From Squalus acanthias (taxonomy: Eukaryota), in NCBI GenBank assembly GCA_030390025.1, contig CM059445.1, forward strand, positions 40,176,001-40,240,000: a stretch of DNA of 64,000 nucleotides, written 5' to 3'. The notes under the pieces were generated by a model. The model had not been told where the DNA came from and did no database searches. It saw only the letters and a list, made by a program, of their open reading frames with translations. Position 1 is the stretch's first letter. The number at the start of each line of letters is the position of its first letter. Shown here in pieces: positions 1 to 12,860 of the stretch. Both the position numbers and the translations under genes were made by a program.

Positions 1-953
1 GTTCGAACTCCAAACCACCGTCACCGACGTGTATGAGAGCATGGGCCTTACACTAAACATCCATAAGACAAAGGTCCTCTACCAACCTGCCGCCGCGACA
101 CAGTACTGCCCCCCGATTATCAAAATCCACAACGAGGCCTTGGACAACGTGGACCACTTTCCATACCTCGGGAGCCTACTGTCAACAAGGGCAGACATCG
201 ATGACGAAGTCCAACACCGCCTTCAGTGTGCCAGTGCAGCCTTCGGTCACCTGAGGAAGAGAGTGTTTGAAGACCAGGACCTCAAACCCGGCACTAAGCT
301 CATGGTCTACAGAGCAGCAGTGATACCCGCCCTCCTGTATGCTTCAGAGACATTGACCATGTACAGCAGGCACCTCAAAGCACTGGAGAGGTACCACCAA
401 CGCTGCCTCCGCAAGATCCTGCAAACCCATTGGCAGGATAGGTGCACCAACGTCAGTGTTCTCGCTCAGGCCAATATCCCCAGCATCCAAACTCTGACCA
501 CGCGCGATCAGCTCCGATGGACGGGCCACATCATCCGCATGCCCGATACGAGACTCCCAAAAGCAGCGCTCTACTCAGAGGTCCAACACGGCAAGACAGC
601 CCCAGGTGGGCAGAGGAAACGCTTCAAGGACACCCTCAAAGCCTCCTTGAAAAAGTGCAACATTCCCACTGATATCTGGGAATCCCTGGCCCAAGACTGC
701 ACAAAATGGAGGAGAAGCATCCGGGAAGGCGCCGAACACCTCATGTCTCTTCGCCGGGAGCAAGCGGAAGCCAAGCGCAAACAGCGGGAGCGCACATCAA
801 CCCAAATACCCCACCCACCCGCCCCTTCAACCACCGTCTGCCCCACCTGTGACAGAGACTGTAGGTCCCGCATTGGACTCATCAGTCACTTGAGAACTCA
901 TTTTTAGTGTGGAAGTAAGTCATCCTCGGTTCCGAGGGGCTGCCTAAGAAGAA
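1..953 (+). mobile_element. RTE-clade (BovB-like) LINE, 3' portion of ORF2 and 3' tail
   Basis: ORF 29-907 encodes the RT C-terminal part (NIHKTKV, FPYLGS, LRWTGHI) and a terminal C2H2 finger CPTCDRDCRSRIGLISHLRTH; (AAG)n tail at ~946-953; near-identical copies at 21660 and 40004. Confidence 0.92.
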
Positions 954-1054
954 GGAAAGGTTCCCTTTGTCCCTGGGCAAAGTGTGAAGCTCAACTAGTA
1001 GAATGGTTCTGGCCTGTCGGTTGTGTATTGCACTCTGCAGGTACCCAAGTATAT

Positions 1055-4000
1055 GGCGCCTAATTTGCGGTCGGAGGCTTCCCGTGGGCGGATGCCTCCG
1101 ACCGGCAAAAAATCTACGAGCTTACCTTCTGCCTCGGGAACCACGGAGACTCGCGCTCCTAGAAACATAGAAGATAGGAGCAGGAGTAGGCCATTCGGCC
1201 CCTCGAGCCTGCTCCGCCATTCAATGTGATTGTGGCTGATCATCCAAATTCAGTACCCTGTCCCTGCTTTCGCCCCATATCCCTTGATCCCGTTAGCCTT
1301 CAGAAATATATCGAACTCCTTCTTGATTATATTTAATGAATTGGACTCAACTGTCTTCTGTGGTAGTGAATTCCACAGGTTCACCACTCTCTGGGTGAAG
1401 AAATTCCTCCTCATCTCAGTCCTAAATGGCTTACCCCTTATCTTAGACTGTGACCCCTGGTTCTGGACTCCCCCGCCATCGGGAACATCCTTCCTGCATC
1501 TAGTCTGTCTAGTCCTGTTAGAATTTTATAAGTTTCAATGAGATCCCCTCTCATTCTTCTAAACTCTAGCGAATACAAGCCCAATCGACCCAATCTCTCT
1601 TCATACATCATTCCTGCCATCCCAGGTATCAGTCTGGTGAATCTTCGCTGCACTCCCTCCATGGCAAGAACATCCTTCCTCAGATAAGGCGACCAAAACT
1701 GCACACAATACTCAAGGTGTGGTCTCACCAAGGCCTTGTACAACTGCAGCAATACATCCTTGCTCCTGTACTCGAATCCTCTCGCTATGAAGGCCAACAT
1801 ACCATTTGCCTTCTTAACCGCCTGCTTCACCTGCATGCTTACCTTCAGCGACTGGTGCACAAGGACACCCAGGTCTCGTTGCACTTCCCCTTTTCCCAAT
1901 CTATTGCCGTTCAGATAATCTGCCTTCCTGTTTTTGCCACCAAAGTGGATAACCTCGCATTTATCCACATTATACTGCATCTGCCATGCATCTGCCCAAT
2001 CACCCAACCTGCCCAAATCATACTGGAGTTTCTCTGCATCCTCCTCACAGCACACACGCCCACCCAGCTTTGTGTCGTCTGCAAACTTGGAGATATTAGA
2101 TCTAGTTCCCTCGTCTAGATCATTAATATATATTGTGAATAACTGGGGTCCTAGCACCGATCCCTGCGGTACCCCACTAGTCACTGCCTGCCACTCGGAA
2201 AAAGACCCGTTTATTCCAACTCTTTGCTTCCTGTCTTCCAACCAGTTTTCTATCCAAGTCAGTACCTTACCCCCAATCCCATGTGCTTTAACTTTGCACG
2301 CTAATCTCTTATGCGGGACCTTATCGAAAGCCTTCTGAAAGTCCAAATACACCACATCCACTGGTTCTCCCTTATCTATTCTACCAGTTACATCCTCAAA
2401 AAATTCCAGTAGATTAGTCAAGCATGATTTACCTTTTGTAAATCCATGTTGACTTTGTCTGATCTTGTCACTGTTTTTCAAGTGCTCTGCTATTACATCT
2501 TTTACAATGGACTCTAGCATTTTCCCCACTACCGATGTCAGGCTTACCATTTCCCCATTTTCTCTCTACCACCTTTTTTAAATAGTGGGGTTACATTAGC
2601 TACCCTCCAATCCATGGGAACTGTTCCAGAGTCTATAGAGTTTTGGAAGATGACCAGCAATGCATCTACTATTTCTAGGGCCACTTCCTTAAGTACCCTA
2701 GGATGTAGATTATCAGGCCCTGGGGATTTATCGGCCTTCAATCCTGTCAATTTCCCTAACACTATTTCCCTACAAATACTGATTTCATTCAGTTCCTCCC
2801 TCTCATTAGACCCTATGTTCCCTGACATCTCTGGAAGGTTATTTGTGTCCTCCTTTGTGAAGACAGAACCAAAGTATGTATTTAATTGGTCTGCCATTTC
2901 TTTGTTCCTCATTATAAATTCCCCTGAGTCTGAATGCAAGGGACCTACGCTTGACTTCAGCAATCTTTTTCTCTTTACATATCTATAGAAATTTTTAGAG
3001 TCAGTTTTTATGTTCGCTGCAAGGTTACTCTCATATTCTATTTTCCCCCTCTTAATTAATCCCTTTGTCCTCCTTTGCTGAATCCTAAACTGCTCCCAAT
3101 CCTTAGGTTTGCTGCTTTTTCTGGCCAATTTATATGTCCTCTCCTTGGATCTTATGCTATCCCTAATTTCCCTTGTTAGCCACGGTTGAGTCATCTTTTT
3201 TGTTTTATTTTTATGCCAAACAGGGATGAACAAATTCTGTAGTTCATCCATGCGATCTTTAAATGTTTGCCATTGCCTATCCACCGTCAACCCTTTAAGT
3301 AACGTTCACCAATCCATCCCAGCCAACTCGCGCCTCATACCATTGTAGTTTCCTTTATTTAAATTCAGCACCCTAGTCTCTGAGTCAACTACTTCGCTCT
3401 CTATCTTAATGAAGAATTCTATCATATTATGATCGCTCCTCCCCAAGGGGCCTCGCACAACAAGATTGCTAATTAATCCTTTCTCATTACATAATACCCA
3501 GTCTAAGATGGCCTGATCTCTAGTTGGTTTCTTGACATATTGGTGCAGGAAACCATCCCGTATACACTCTAAGAATTCCTCCTCCACAGTATTGTTACCA
3601 ATTTGGTTAGCCCAATCTATATGTAGACATGCGTAGAGGCCCATGTATCCCAGGGGCGCAGGCGGTTCTCGAGTGTCCCTGGATCACGTGGGCCAGGCCA
3701 ACAAATGACAGAAGGTGGATCCCCATTCATTCTTATCGGGATTCTGTATGTACGGAATCCCCATAAATATGAATGGGAATACCCCTCAAAAAATACCTCT
3801 ACACTTCAAATAAAAAAATTTTAAATCACGTTTAAAATTAATTAAAGTGGCATTTAATTAAATATTTAAAACAAAAATTGAAGGGGCTAAAATAAGCTTA
3901 CCTTATTTCACAGGTTTTTAAATGGTATAAATTATTGATAATTTTATTTTTCTGATTTTTAAAACTCTTACGCTGGTAAAAGCAGGCCTTACGACTGCTT

Positions 4001-4135
4001 TTACCAGGCGTAAGAATTTCACGGGCATTTGCTGGGCAGAAGTTGGGCAAATAGCCCAGCTCTCCGCCCGCGATGCCCTTTTCCCGGGGATGCGGATCAT
4101 CAGTTCCGGGTTTTAGCGCATGCGCAGCACATGCT
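1055..4135. mobile_element. GC-rich non-autonomous DNA element (PIF/Harbinger-like MITE) split by a CR1 insertion; pieces ~1055-1159 and ~3628-4135
   Basis: GC-rich ends with an AT-rich core; shares motifs with 27827-28487 (tatcccaggggcgca, gatcacgtgggcca, aaaataa.cttacctt). Confidence 0.55.
1160..3627 (-). mobile_element. CR1 LINE, 5'-truncated (end of endonuclease region through RT and 3' UTR)
   Basis: ORFs 3306-3644, 2544-3290 and 1438-2550 give CR1 ORF2 motifs (ILDWVLCN, SDHNMIEF, KSPGPD, LDFQKAFDKVPH, GVPQGSVLGP, FADDTKL); 3' tail (ctatgttt) at ~1160. Confidence 0.96.
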
Positions 4136-4209
4136 TACCTGTGCTCGGTCACCAGTTATGGACTTTATTGTGCTACCACTGCTCTATTAATGTGCACCCA
4201 GCACAAAAT

Positions 4210-4430
4210 GATCGAGTTAGCAAAGATCAAAAAGGTAGATTTTGAGGGGGCTTTTGAAGGTGGGAAGAGGGCTAGCAAAGTGGAAGGGTTTAGGGAGACA
4301 GTTCCAGAATGTTCCAGAATAGCAAGATGTCTGAAGGCAGCACCAGCAAAACTGGAATGAAAGGAGGTGGGATAGAAGAGGGCGAGAGTCAGTAGGACAG
4401 AAAGAAACCTCTAACACGTGGAGGAGATTG
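4210..4430 (-). mobile_element. L2 LINE 3' fragment
   Basis: Minus strand translates to WNCLPKPFHFASPLPTFKSPLKIYLF, the typical L2 ORF2 C-terminus. Confidence 0.65.
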
Positions 4431-4629
4431 GAGATAATTTTAGGGTTAAACCTGATAATCCTGAGAGATGAATTCCAAACTTGGGTTCAGTCGGATGAAG
4501 TAGGTGTAATTCTGGTGAGATGCATCTACGCACAACTGAATGAAGTTCCCTGGTGGAGGAGGCACTTGGGATGAAGCTAATGATGCACACCAACTCCCTT
4601 TTAGACATGAGAAAAGAATTGTGTTTCCC

Positions 4630-5290
4630 TCAGGTCCTGCCGAATTTAACCTGATTAGCATTTATTTGTCTCTGTTTCCCGGCCGCAGCCAGCTGGCTGG
4701 CTGTTGGGCGGGTAGGCCTTCGGCACTGGGCCACAGTCAGGGAGCGGAGAAGAGGGAGGGAGGGATTAGAAAGGCTGGGGGGTGAGGGGGAAGATTGGAG
4801 GCCAGAGCGGTGATCGGGGGTCAAGTGAAGATCGGGGTCTGGAGTAGAGGGGAGATCAGAGGCTAGGGTTGGGGGAAGATCGGGGTCTAGAGCAGAGTTT
4901 TGGGGTTGGGGGAAGATTGGAGGCCAGAGGGGAGATCGGAAGGGTCGGGGGATGGGGGTGATGGGAAGGGTTGGAGTTGTCTGATCGCAGGGGCGAGTGG
5001 GTGAAACAGATAAACTGGATCCAACGGGTCAGTGGAAAGAATCTTACCTCCTGGATCCAGCAGTCCCCTTTAGCTGCCGGGTTTCCCGAGGCCTGGGAAA
5101 CCCGGCTGGCCAGAGTTAAATTTAAAATGGTTGTTAATTCGGAGGCATGCAGCCTCATTATAATATTTAAATGACCAACCCTGCCTCCATGAAAACCGGA
5201 AGTGGCGAGTCGTGTTTCAGATTTTTAACATTTTTACATCCTACCCGACCCAAACCCGCCCATTTTTGGAGGTTAATACTCCTCCCAATG
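4630..5290. mobile_element. GC-rich non-autonomous element (Harbinger-like) with internal G-rich degenerate repeats
   Basis: Ends gccgaatttaacc ... ggttaatactcc; repeated ggggaagattggaggccagag units at ~4787-4930. Confidence 0.45.
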
Positions 5291-5395
5291 TATTTATATA
5301 GCACCTTGAAATGGCACCTTGACAGCCTTGAAATGCTTTAGACATTTTAATATAACCCTGACATAAACTTAAAATTATTTTCTCCTTCATTGCAG

Positions 5396-5461
5396 ATCTT
5401 TTCCATGGACCCATTTTTAGAATAGTGAAAACTCGTTTCCATTCATAGACCTACTGCAAAG
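5396..5461 (+). other. Possible 5'-UTR exon of gene A
   Basis: Acceptor ttctccttcattgcag| and donor AAG|gtgaaa. The leader exon has its own acceptor at 6507, so an upstream exon is probably required. Confidence 0.3.
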
Positions 5462-5688
5462 GTGAAAAGAGGTTGATCTAATTGAATGTTGCAACTGAAA
5501 AAATAATGCACTTTTGCACAACTACATTGATTTTTTAAATTGCACTGTCCCCAAGTTGATCATTTTTAACTTGCTATTCTTCTTTGCTCTAATTTAATGC
5601 AAATATAGAAGCCATGTCTTGTATTCCGTATTAATAAGGCTACGTCTTATTGGGAGTGTTGCTAACTTTAGTCAAGAAATCAAAAATT

Positions 5689-6439
5689 GGCCTGGATTTT
5701 GGATTAATAATAATAGTGAGGCTGTCAGTGCTCACCATTATTATGGAGTAAATTGGACAGCAACCTCCAGAGTGCGCACATGTGCAGTTAAACGTGGAAA
5801 TCTGGAAGTTGCGGTCCGAGTAACCCTGCTCCTCCACAGGCTGCGCTATAACAGAACCTCGCCGATAGATTCGGCATTGAAAGACATGCAATGGCGTGAA
5901 GTTGGGGTACTTACCCACTAGTTACCCAGTAAATACACCAGAAAAAGTTAGGGCTGGTGCTTTCGATGTAAGTGAATTTTTAACGACATTATAATTACTG
6001 CCAAACAACCTCTCTGCCTCAGAAAATTTAATTTTGCAAGTACGGAGTATCATTCCTTCAGAAGTTAATTCGATTTTTTTTAAAGTTTTTCTGACTGTCT
6101 CTTTTATCTCTCTCTCTCTCTCTCAATCCATCTGCCTTTCCCAATATTTACTTTGCTTTTTGTACATGATTTAAATCTAATTTATACTTCCTGCTTTATA
6201 CTTCTTGGTTTGGACTCTGCATGTCTCAGTGAGGATTCATCAATATGATTGGTTGAAGAGCCTTGCTGTTTATTGCCCTGCTCACAGATGTCATAGAGCC
6301 CCTGTAGCGGGCGCGCACTGGATCAGACACCAGATTAGAGAAAGTCAGCGCTCTAAAGCCAGAGAAAACTTTGTGGGCAGCTGTCAGCGAGGTGAACGGT
6401 GAGCGCCGTTCCTTCACTGCTGACGGCAAAATCCGGGCC
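5689..6439. mobile_element. MITE with terminal inverted repeats (Harbinger-like)
   Basis: TIRs ggcctggatttt (5689) and aaaatccgggcc (6428-6439) match 11/12; a related inverted copy lies at ~36338-37311. Confidence 0.65.
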
Positions 6440-6530
6440 ATTATGTTAAAAAATATCGGATGGAAATCTAAAACTGGTCATCATTTAAATATGCCCTTAC
6501 TTTACAGCTTTAACCACCTGATCTGCAGCC

Positions 6531-6600
6531 ATGGTTACAATTGCTGGCATCATCTGCACCGTGATTTTCTCAACATTTGTACTGAAAGAAAATGCTGCGA
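6531..6600 (+). CDS. Gene A coding exon 1: signal peptide MVTIAGIICTVIFSTFVLKENAA
   Basis: Strong Kozak gcagccATGG; hydrophobic leader; phase-1 donor GA|gtaagt at 6601; upstream acceptor ttactttacag| at 6507. Confidence 0.85.
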
Positions 6601-6627
6601 GTAAGTATTGAAATGATGCAACTGAAT

Positions 6628-7062
6628 GTCAGCTGTGGCTCAGTAGGTAGCACACTCACCTGTGAGTAAGAAGGTTGTGTGGTTCAAATCCCACACCAGT
6701 GCACAACATTCTAAGCTGTACCCTCAGTACTGAGGGAGTGCTGCACTGGTGGATCTGCCGTCTTTCAGATGAGGCGTTAAACCGAGGCTCCCGCTGTTCT
6801 CTCGGGTGGATGTAAAAGATCTCATGGCACTATTTTGAAGAAGAGCAGGTTATCCCCGGTGTACTGGCCAATATTTATCCCTCAATCAACATAGCAAAAA
6901 CAGATTATCTGGTCATTATCACACTGCTGTTTGTAGGAACTTGCTGTGCGCAATTGGCTGCTGCATTTCACACAGTGACGACACTCGAAAGTTGGCTGTA
7001 AAGCGGTTTGGGACGTCCTGAGGTTGTGAAAGGTGCCGTATAATTGCAAGTCTTTTTCTTTT
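6628..7062 (+). mobile_element. tRNA-derived Deu-domain SINE (SacSINE1-like) with L2-type tail
   Basis: A box gtggctcagtaggtag, B box ggttcaaatcc, Deu core cagtactgagggagtgctgcact, tail gtcctgaggttgtgaaaggtg...gcaagtcttt. Confidence 0.85.
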
Positions 7063-9510
7063 TCAATCAAGATGCTTAGGAACAGTGACTGAAAAGAACA
7101 ATTAATTGGCTTTGAGGTGTTTTGGGATGCCCTGAGGATGTCAAAGCTGTTCTTTAAATGCAAGAAATTTCCAGTAACATTCTTTTAAAAGCCACTTTTG
7201 CACCTGTTGTGGATACAGTGCAGCCGGTACAAAGGCAAATGTGCAGGACTACATCCTCACGCCAGTTTCACGCAGTTTATCCGACCTCAATGAGCTGTCA
7301 CATTAGTTACCTCACTCCCAAAATATATAGCAGTGTCGGTGCAAGCCAGATTTTTTTTTAGTGTTGTGAAAATGATCTTGTACATCAGTTGAATTCAGGG
7401 CAGAATTGGTTTTCTCTTCCCTTTATTTGTTCTTAATTTCCAAGAATTGTATGCAGGATAACTATCATTAATTGCTTGGTTTAGTGCAAGTGATTAAATC
7501 CAGCAAAAGGTATAATTTGCTGATCTTTAAATTTTTAGTATTCTTGACTGTTTGATACTTCTTACTAATGGAGGACATTTGTGATGAAAACAAAATGAAT
7601 TCTTCTTTGGGGAATAGCTAACTTTAAAAAAGGCATCTTTAACTTTTTTAGGGGGAGGTTTACAAGGGATGCTTTTATTAAGTTTGGTGGGCTCCAGCAA
7701 GTTTTAAAGAATAGCTGAGAAGCAGGAAGCTACTCAGCTTAAACATTCACAGGCCTTTCTAAGTAATGAGAAATAGGATTCAATTTATTACCATTGGTTC
7801 ATTTATTCGATTTGCAATTTGATAAAGTCAGATGGAAGTTAAGAATATTGGAAAATGTTTAAACATAATCTCACTGAATTGAGGAAATACAATTGTTTGT
7901 GATTTTTTTTTAAAGTCCATATTGCGCTTGGCTAAGTGAGGGAAGTTGCTACTGGGAAATGGATCATTTCCAATTTTGGATTTCAAGCAATCACAAGTCA
8001 GTTTGTAGCATCATTCAATGCAGAGTGAAGTCCCAACAAAGTGACTCAGCCCCAAACTCAGAGAGTGCTGGCTATTGTATTGTGGCCTGTTTCCAAGAGT
8101 GCCCAGCAAAGAGGGAGGGGAGGGGAGGAGAGGGGGGAGGAAATAGCCGAAGCTGCACCTTGAGATATCAGGCCGGGGCTGGGCAGGTACCAGTCCTAGC
8201 TGATTCGTGCATTAGGCCAAGGTCAGACAGAGTCACTGGGTGGGGATGGGAGGGGGGATTGGGGGAGAGGAGGAGAGGGGGGAGGGGAGGAGCTAGAATG
8301 GGTGCCCAGGAGCTCAGCGTCACAATTATTGCTGAATTTTAAGATGAAATGAAATAAAAATTAAAATGTAGCTGACCTGAGTGGGACTATTTGCTAATAC
8401 ATTAAGAGAAAAATTGAAGTTTTAAATGCAGCCAATTCTGGCGGAGGCTGCCGAGAGGTCTCGAATGTAAAAACATGACTTCGTCTTTAATTTTGCAGGT
8501 GAGAAGGGATGCAGGAGGCTTAAAGACAGCAAAAATTTTAAAAAATTAAGTATTTTAAAAAAAAGTTGAAATACATGTATGTTCCCTGAAGTAAAACCAA
8601 GATGGCTGACAGTCTCTGCCAATTTCCAGAAACCTAGGGAACTAGAGCTTGTGATGTTCCATCTGGGAACTTTGGGACATTAGGCCATCGGGACATCCTG
8701 AGGTCATGAAAGGTGCTATATAAATGCAAGTCTTTCTTTTCTTTCTAATGATGTAAGTGTGCAGTAGGCGTGATGGCTAGGAGCTTCTAACTTAGTAATG
8801 GGAAATCCATTAGCAGTGAGGCAAAGCAAGAATTGGGCTGAGGAACTAAGTTCATTCGGGGAATGTTAAATTACCTTTTTAGAGAGTGTGAGAGTGTTAT
8901 TGTAGAGAGAGCCTCCCAACTGGTTTATCTCTTCTGGTATTAAAAGTAGGGAGAATATCTTTTCCCTCAGTTGTAATTTATTGACTAATAATGTTCCTCA
9001 CATGAATGTGTAATTTGGGTTAATCTATGTGTTTTAGTATTTCAGTAATTTTATGATATAAGCATAAGCCCACAACTTGCTATCACCTACATTATTTAAA
9101 TGTAGTTCGCTGTCTACTAAAATCAGGTATGAAAATGCAATTGTTATTGTACTGGATTGGCAACCTAAAGGTCATGAGTTCAAATCCCATTATGTCAAGT
9201 CATGAAATTGAATTGAATAAATTTGGTCATTTGTGGCTCGTCACTCATGCTGAACATGAGTCACCCGAGTCACTCGTGTTCAGCACCTTCTGTGAGTCTT
9301 CTAGGTTGGCACAGGTTTTAAAGTGTATCATTCCAAACCTATCTGATGACTTCCCTAATGTACATACCCTGTGAGTAGTAATAACTGAAGAAAAGTGAAA
9401 TTCTGATGCCCTGACTTTTGCACATAACTTGGTGAGATCAAGACAACCTGAATGAAGTGATATTGTTTTCAAATACTGAATATGCTCTTTATCCATTTTT
9501 TTTAAAACAG

Positions 9511-9807
9511 CGAGTCAGCATAAAGAACAGATTGCTACATCTGGCAAAGAGGGGGTGCTGACGTGCATCGCCCCTTTCAGGGCTGAAGTTGAGGAAACTA
9601 TTGTGTACTGGAAAAATAACTCTGACTTTATTTGCTATGTAAAAACCAAAGAAATCAAATGTGAAGGATTGCAGCATGATGCAGCTAAAGGAATAATGAC
9701 TTTAACTATCCCAGAATTAACTTTATCAGATACTGGAAAATATACCTGCAGCATCTTCACTAAAAACAATACCCATGAATGCAACATTAATCTGGTTGTA
9801 AAAGTTG
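9511..9807 (+). CDS. Gene A coding exon 2: V-type Ig domain (99 codons)
   Basis: Acceptor ttttttttaaaacag| and donor G|gtaagt, phase 1/1, 297 nt; GKEGVLTC...VYWK...TLTIPELTLSDTGKYTC...INLVV carries the canonical Cys, Trp and DxGxYxC. Confidence 0.92.
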
Positions 9808-11182
9808 GTAAGTTCTTTTTTCATAAATATTGGGTGATAGGTTAAGGTTTATATTTCAGGAGGTGTTAGCCCATTGTTAGAAATCAGGGGTGTTCAAAAT
9901 GTATGTGGTTTTGTGGATAAAACTGTGACATGAGTAATGCTGTATTTACATGATTGTATTAGAACTAGAGACAGAAGTCTCTCAGACTAGTCTTAGAATA
10001 ATTAGATAGATGCGTAGAATCTGCCTGTGTTTTGGTTCCCTGCGGATGTTATAGCATTCTGCAGTGTGACGGTCATAAATAATCTTGTTTTCAAGTTAGG
10101 ATTTCAACCTTGCTTCTGTTTCTCTAATTTGACCAACCAAGGCCCAACGTTCTATTTCTTCCATTACTGCTAATAACCATTTTATAATGCTAAGGTAGGA
10201 TTTTGACTTTGTTTAACAAAACTGCTTTAAAATGCATAATTTAACCAGTGTATGAGAATAGAATAGAAGATATCTTTGGGAATTTAATGATTCATTCCAT
10301 GGTACAATAGTCTGATAATGAAATAGTTCGTTTTGCATAGCTAAAGCTGCATGAACAGCATGAACATAAATAACTGATAACAAGCAGTTACGAACATCTG
10401 ATGGCCAAGAATGGCATGCCCGACTCCAAACTAGGGAGGATAGAGACACGAGAGATAAGACACGAATTCCAAAGGAAGAACCTTCAGAAAGATTAAACAA
10501 TAAGACAAATTGAATGAGGTAATGAGACCCCCTTTTGGGGAGGGCTTTCATCCAAGAACCAAGACAAAGAACTTGAGCTGTCATTGGGTGATGAGGTTTT
10601 AGAGAAACCTCTATAGATTAAATAGTCTTGTCAATAACTTGGCCTCAGGCCCACCCCTAAAAAGAGAATAAAAGTGACACCCCAAGGGCTTTCCCACACA
10701 GACGGTGGAGGGGAGAGCCAAAGAGAAGTTGGGCTGGTCGAACGCTCTTTTGAGAGTGATCCCATGCTCACCATCGAAGGCCCGAGAGCATTTATAGTCC
10801 ACTGTTCCCTTGGAATGACATTCCTGAACTGCCTGCTTTTCAGAAACTTTCCATTATGCTTCATGCAGCATTTGACCATTGATGTTTAGACTTTTTTTAT
10901 TATGACTCGGTCCCATTTTCCAACTAGATGTTCCACAGATTCCCTTCTGAGAAATTTAAACTGGAACTACCTGCTGCATCTGAGAGCCTGCTCCACATAT
11001 CTACTACTTGAGAACTCTATACTGGTGTCCTTAGTTCTTTGCTCGCAGTCCAAGTTAAATAACTTGCATTATCCACTCCCCTCACGGTTTATTTATTATT
11101 TGAACTTGAATCATGTCTGCTCTGAATCTTCTTTTCTGCAGTGCAGATCACTTCAGTTTTATAAATCTCTCCTCATAATGTT

Positions 11183-12860
11183 GGAGCCCTAATATTGGCT
11201 GCGATTTAGCCGACCGGGGCGGCTGGGGTTGGTGTCGCGGTCCCAGCCCGCTGCCTACTCCAGCCCGCACTCTCCGAGTGATTTTACATAGAAACATAGA
11301 AGATAGGAGCAGGAGTAGGCCATTCGGCCCCTCGAGCCTGTTCCGCCATTTAATGAGATCATGGCTGATCATCCAAATTCAGTACCCTGTCCCTGCTTTC
11401 TCCCCATATCCCTTGATCTCCTTAGCCTTAAGAAATATATCTAACTCCTTCTTGAATATATTTAATGAATTGGCCTCAACTGTCTTCTGTGGTAGAGAAT
11501 TCCACAGGTTCAGCACTCTCTGGGTGAAGAAATTCCTCCTCATCTCAGTCCTAAATGGCTTACCCCTTATCCTTAGACTGTGACCCCTGGTTCTGGACTC
11601 CCCCGCCATCGGGAACATCCGTCCTGCATCTAGTCTGTCTAGTCCTGTTAGAATTTTATAAGTTTCAATGAGATCCCCTCTCATTCTTCTAAACTCTAGC
11701 GAATATAAGCCCAATCGACCCAATCTCTCTTCGTACGTCATTCCTGCCATCCCAGGTATCAGTCTGGTGAATCTTCGCTGCACTCCCTCCATGGCAAGAA
11801 CATCCTTCCTCAGATAAGGCGACCAAAACTGCACACAATACTGAAGGTGTGGTCACACCAAGGCCCTGTACAACTGCAGCAAGACATCCTTGCTCCTGTA
11901 CTCGAATCCTCTTGCTATGAAGGCCAACATACCATTTGCCTTCTTAACTGCCTGCTGCACCTGCATGCTTACCTTCAGCGACTGGTGCACAAGGACACCC
12001 AGGTCTCGTTGCACTTCCCCTTTTCCCAATCTATTGCCATTCAGATAATAATCTGCCTTCCTGTTTTTGCCACCAAAGTGGATAACCTCGCATTTATCCA
12101 CATTATACTGCATCTGCCATAGGGTTTGTTAAGCCCGCCCTGCGAGGTTCCCGGCCAATTAAACGGAAGCGGATCTGATGACGTCACTTGGTGTCGCGTC
12201 ATCAGCCGGTGTCCTTAAAGGGGCCATGTCCACATTCATTTTGACAGTTGTTCTGTCAGTGGTCTACAGCATTGATGGGCTGCAAACACTGACAAGCACT
12301 GCACAGAGGTGGACGGTTGCACCCAGGCTCACGCATGACCCCCTCCATATGCTTATGGAGGGAGTTACAGCCGCAGGGAGATTCTCTTCCCTTCCACTGG
12401 GCGGAAGAGACCTCCCCAGGATTGCAACACAGCCTGGTTGCACTTTGCACAGGAGGACACAAGCAGGGATGTTGTCAGGAGGACCAGGCTGCAGTGGCGC
12501 AAACCTTTCAATGATGCCAGTAGATCACAAAATATTACTGCAAAGCCACACTCAACCTCATCCTGCTGTGCCTCTCATCACATCCCCATCACTCTGCCTT
12601 CCCTACCCTACTCCTGCACATCCTTACTCACACCAACTTACCTTGCACCTTCACCCATCCCTCTCTATCTACATTATCACTTCCCCATCTCACTAGCCAC
12701 CCCTCACACTCACCGTCATCCTAGTCCAATCATGCCAACTAACAACACACACGGGTAGGCACGTGGGTGTTTTATGCAATGTTCATGTAAATTTTCTGTT
12801 AATGTGTTGTCAAACATTGAAATCTTTATATTCAACACTTTGCCGTAGTGGGCAGATCTG
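11183..12860 (+). mobile_element. Harbinger-derived element with degenerate Myb/SANT (NAIF1-like) exon, interrupted by CR1
   Basis: 12121-12860 translates in mixed frames to APRLTHDPLHMLMEGV...LHFAQEDTSRDVVRRTRLQWRKPFND; homologous to the inverted copy at ~30200-30963; the left arm 11183-11285 continues across the CR1. Confidence 0.75.
11286..12122 (-). mobile_element. CR1 LINE 3' fragment, same young subfamily as 1160-3627
   Basis: ORFs 11853-12113 and 11379-11834 (QFWSPYLRKD, RRNFFTQRVLNLWNSLP); flanked by catag on both sides. Confidence 0.95.

Noticed and set aside
1438-3644. Long RT ORFs as an active retroelement or host gene
   Set aside because: 5'-truncated and frameshifted CR1 ORF2; the same applies to 61533-63165.
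6628-6700. tRNA gene
   Set aside because: The A and B boxes are the head of a SINE that continues into the Deu core and LINE-like tail.
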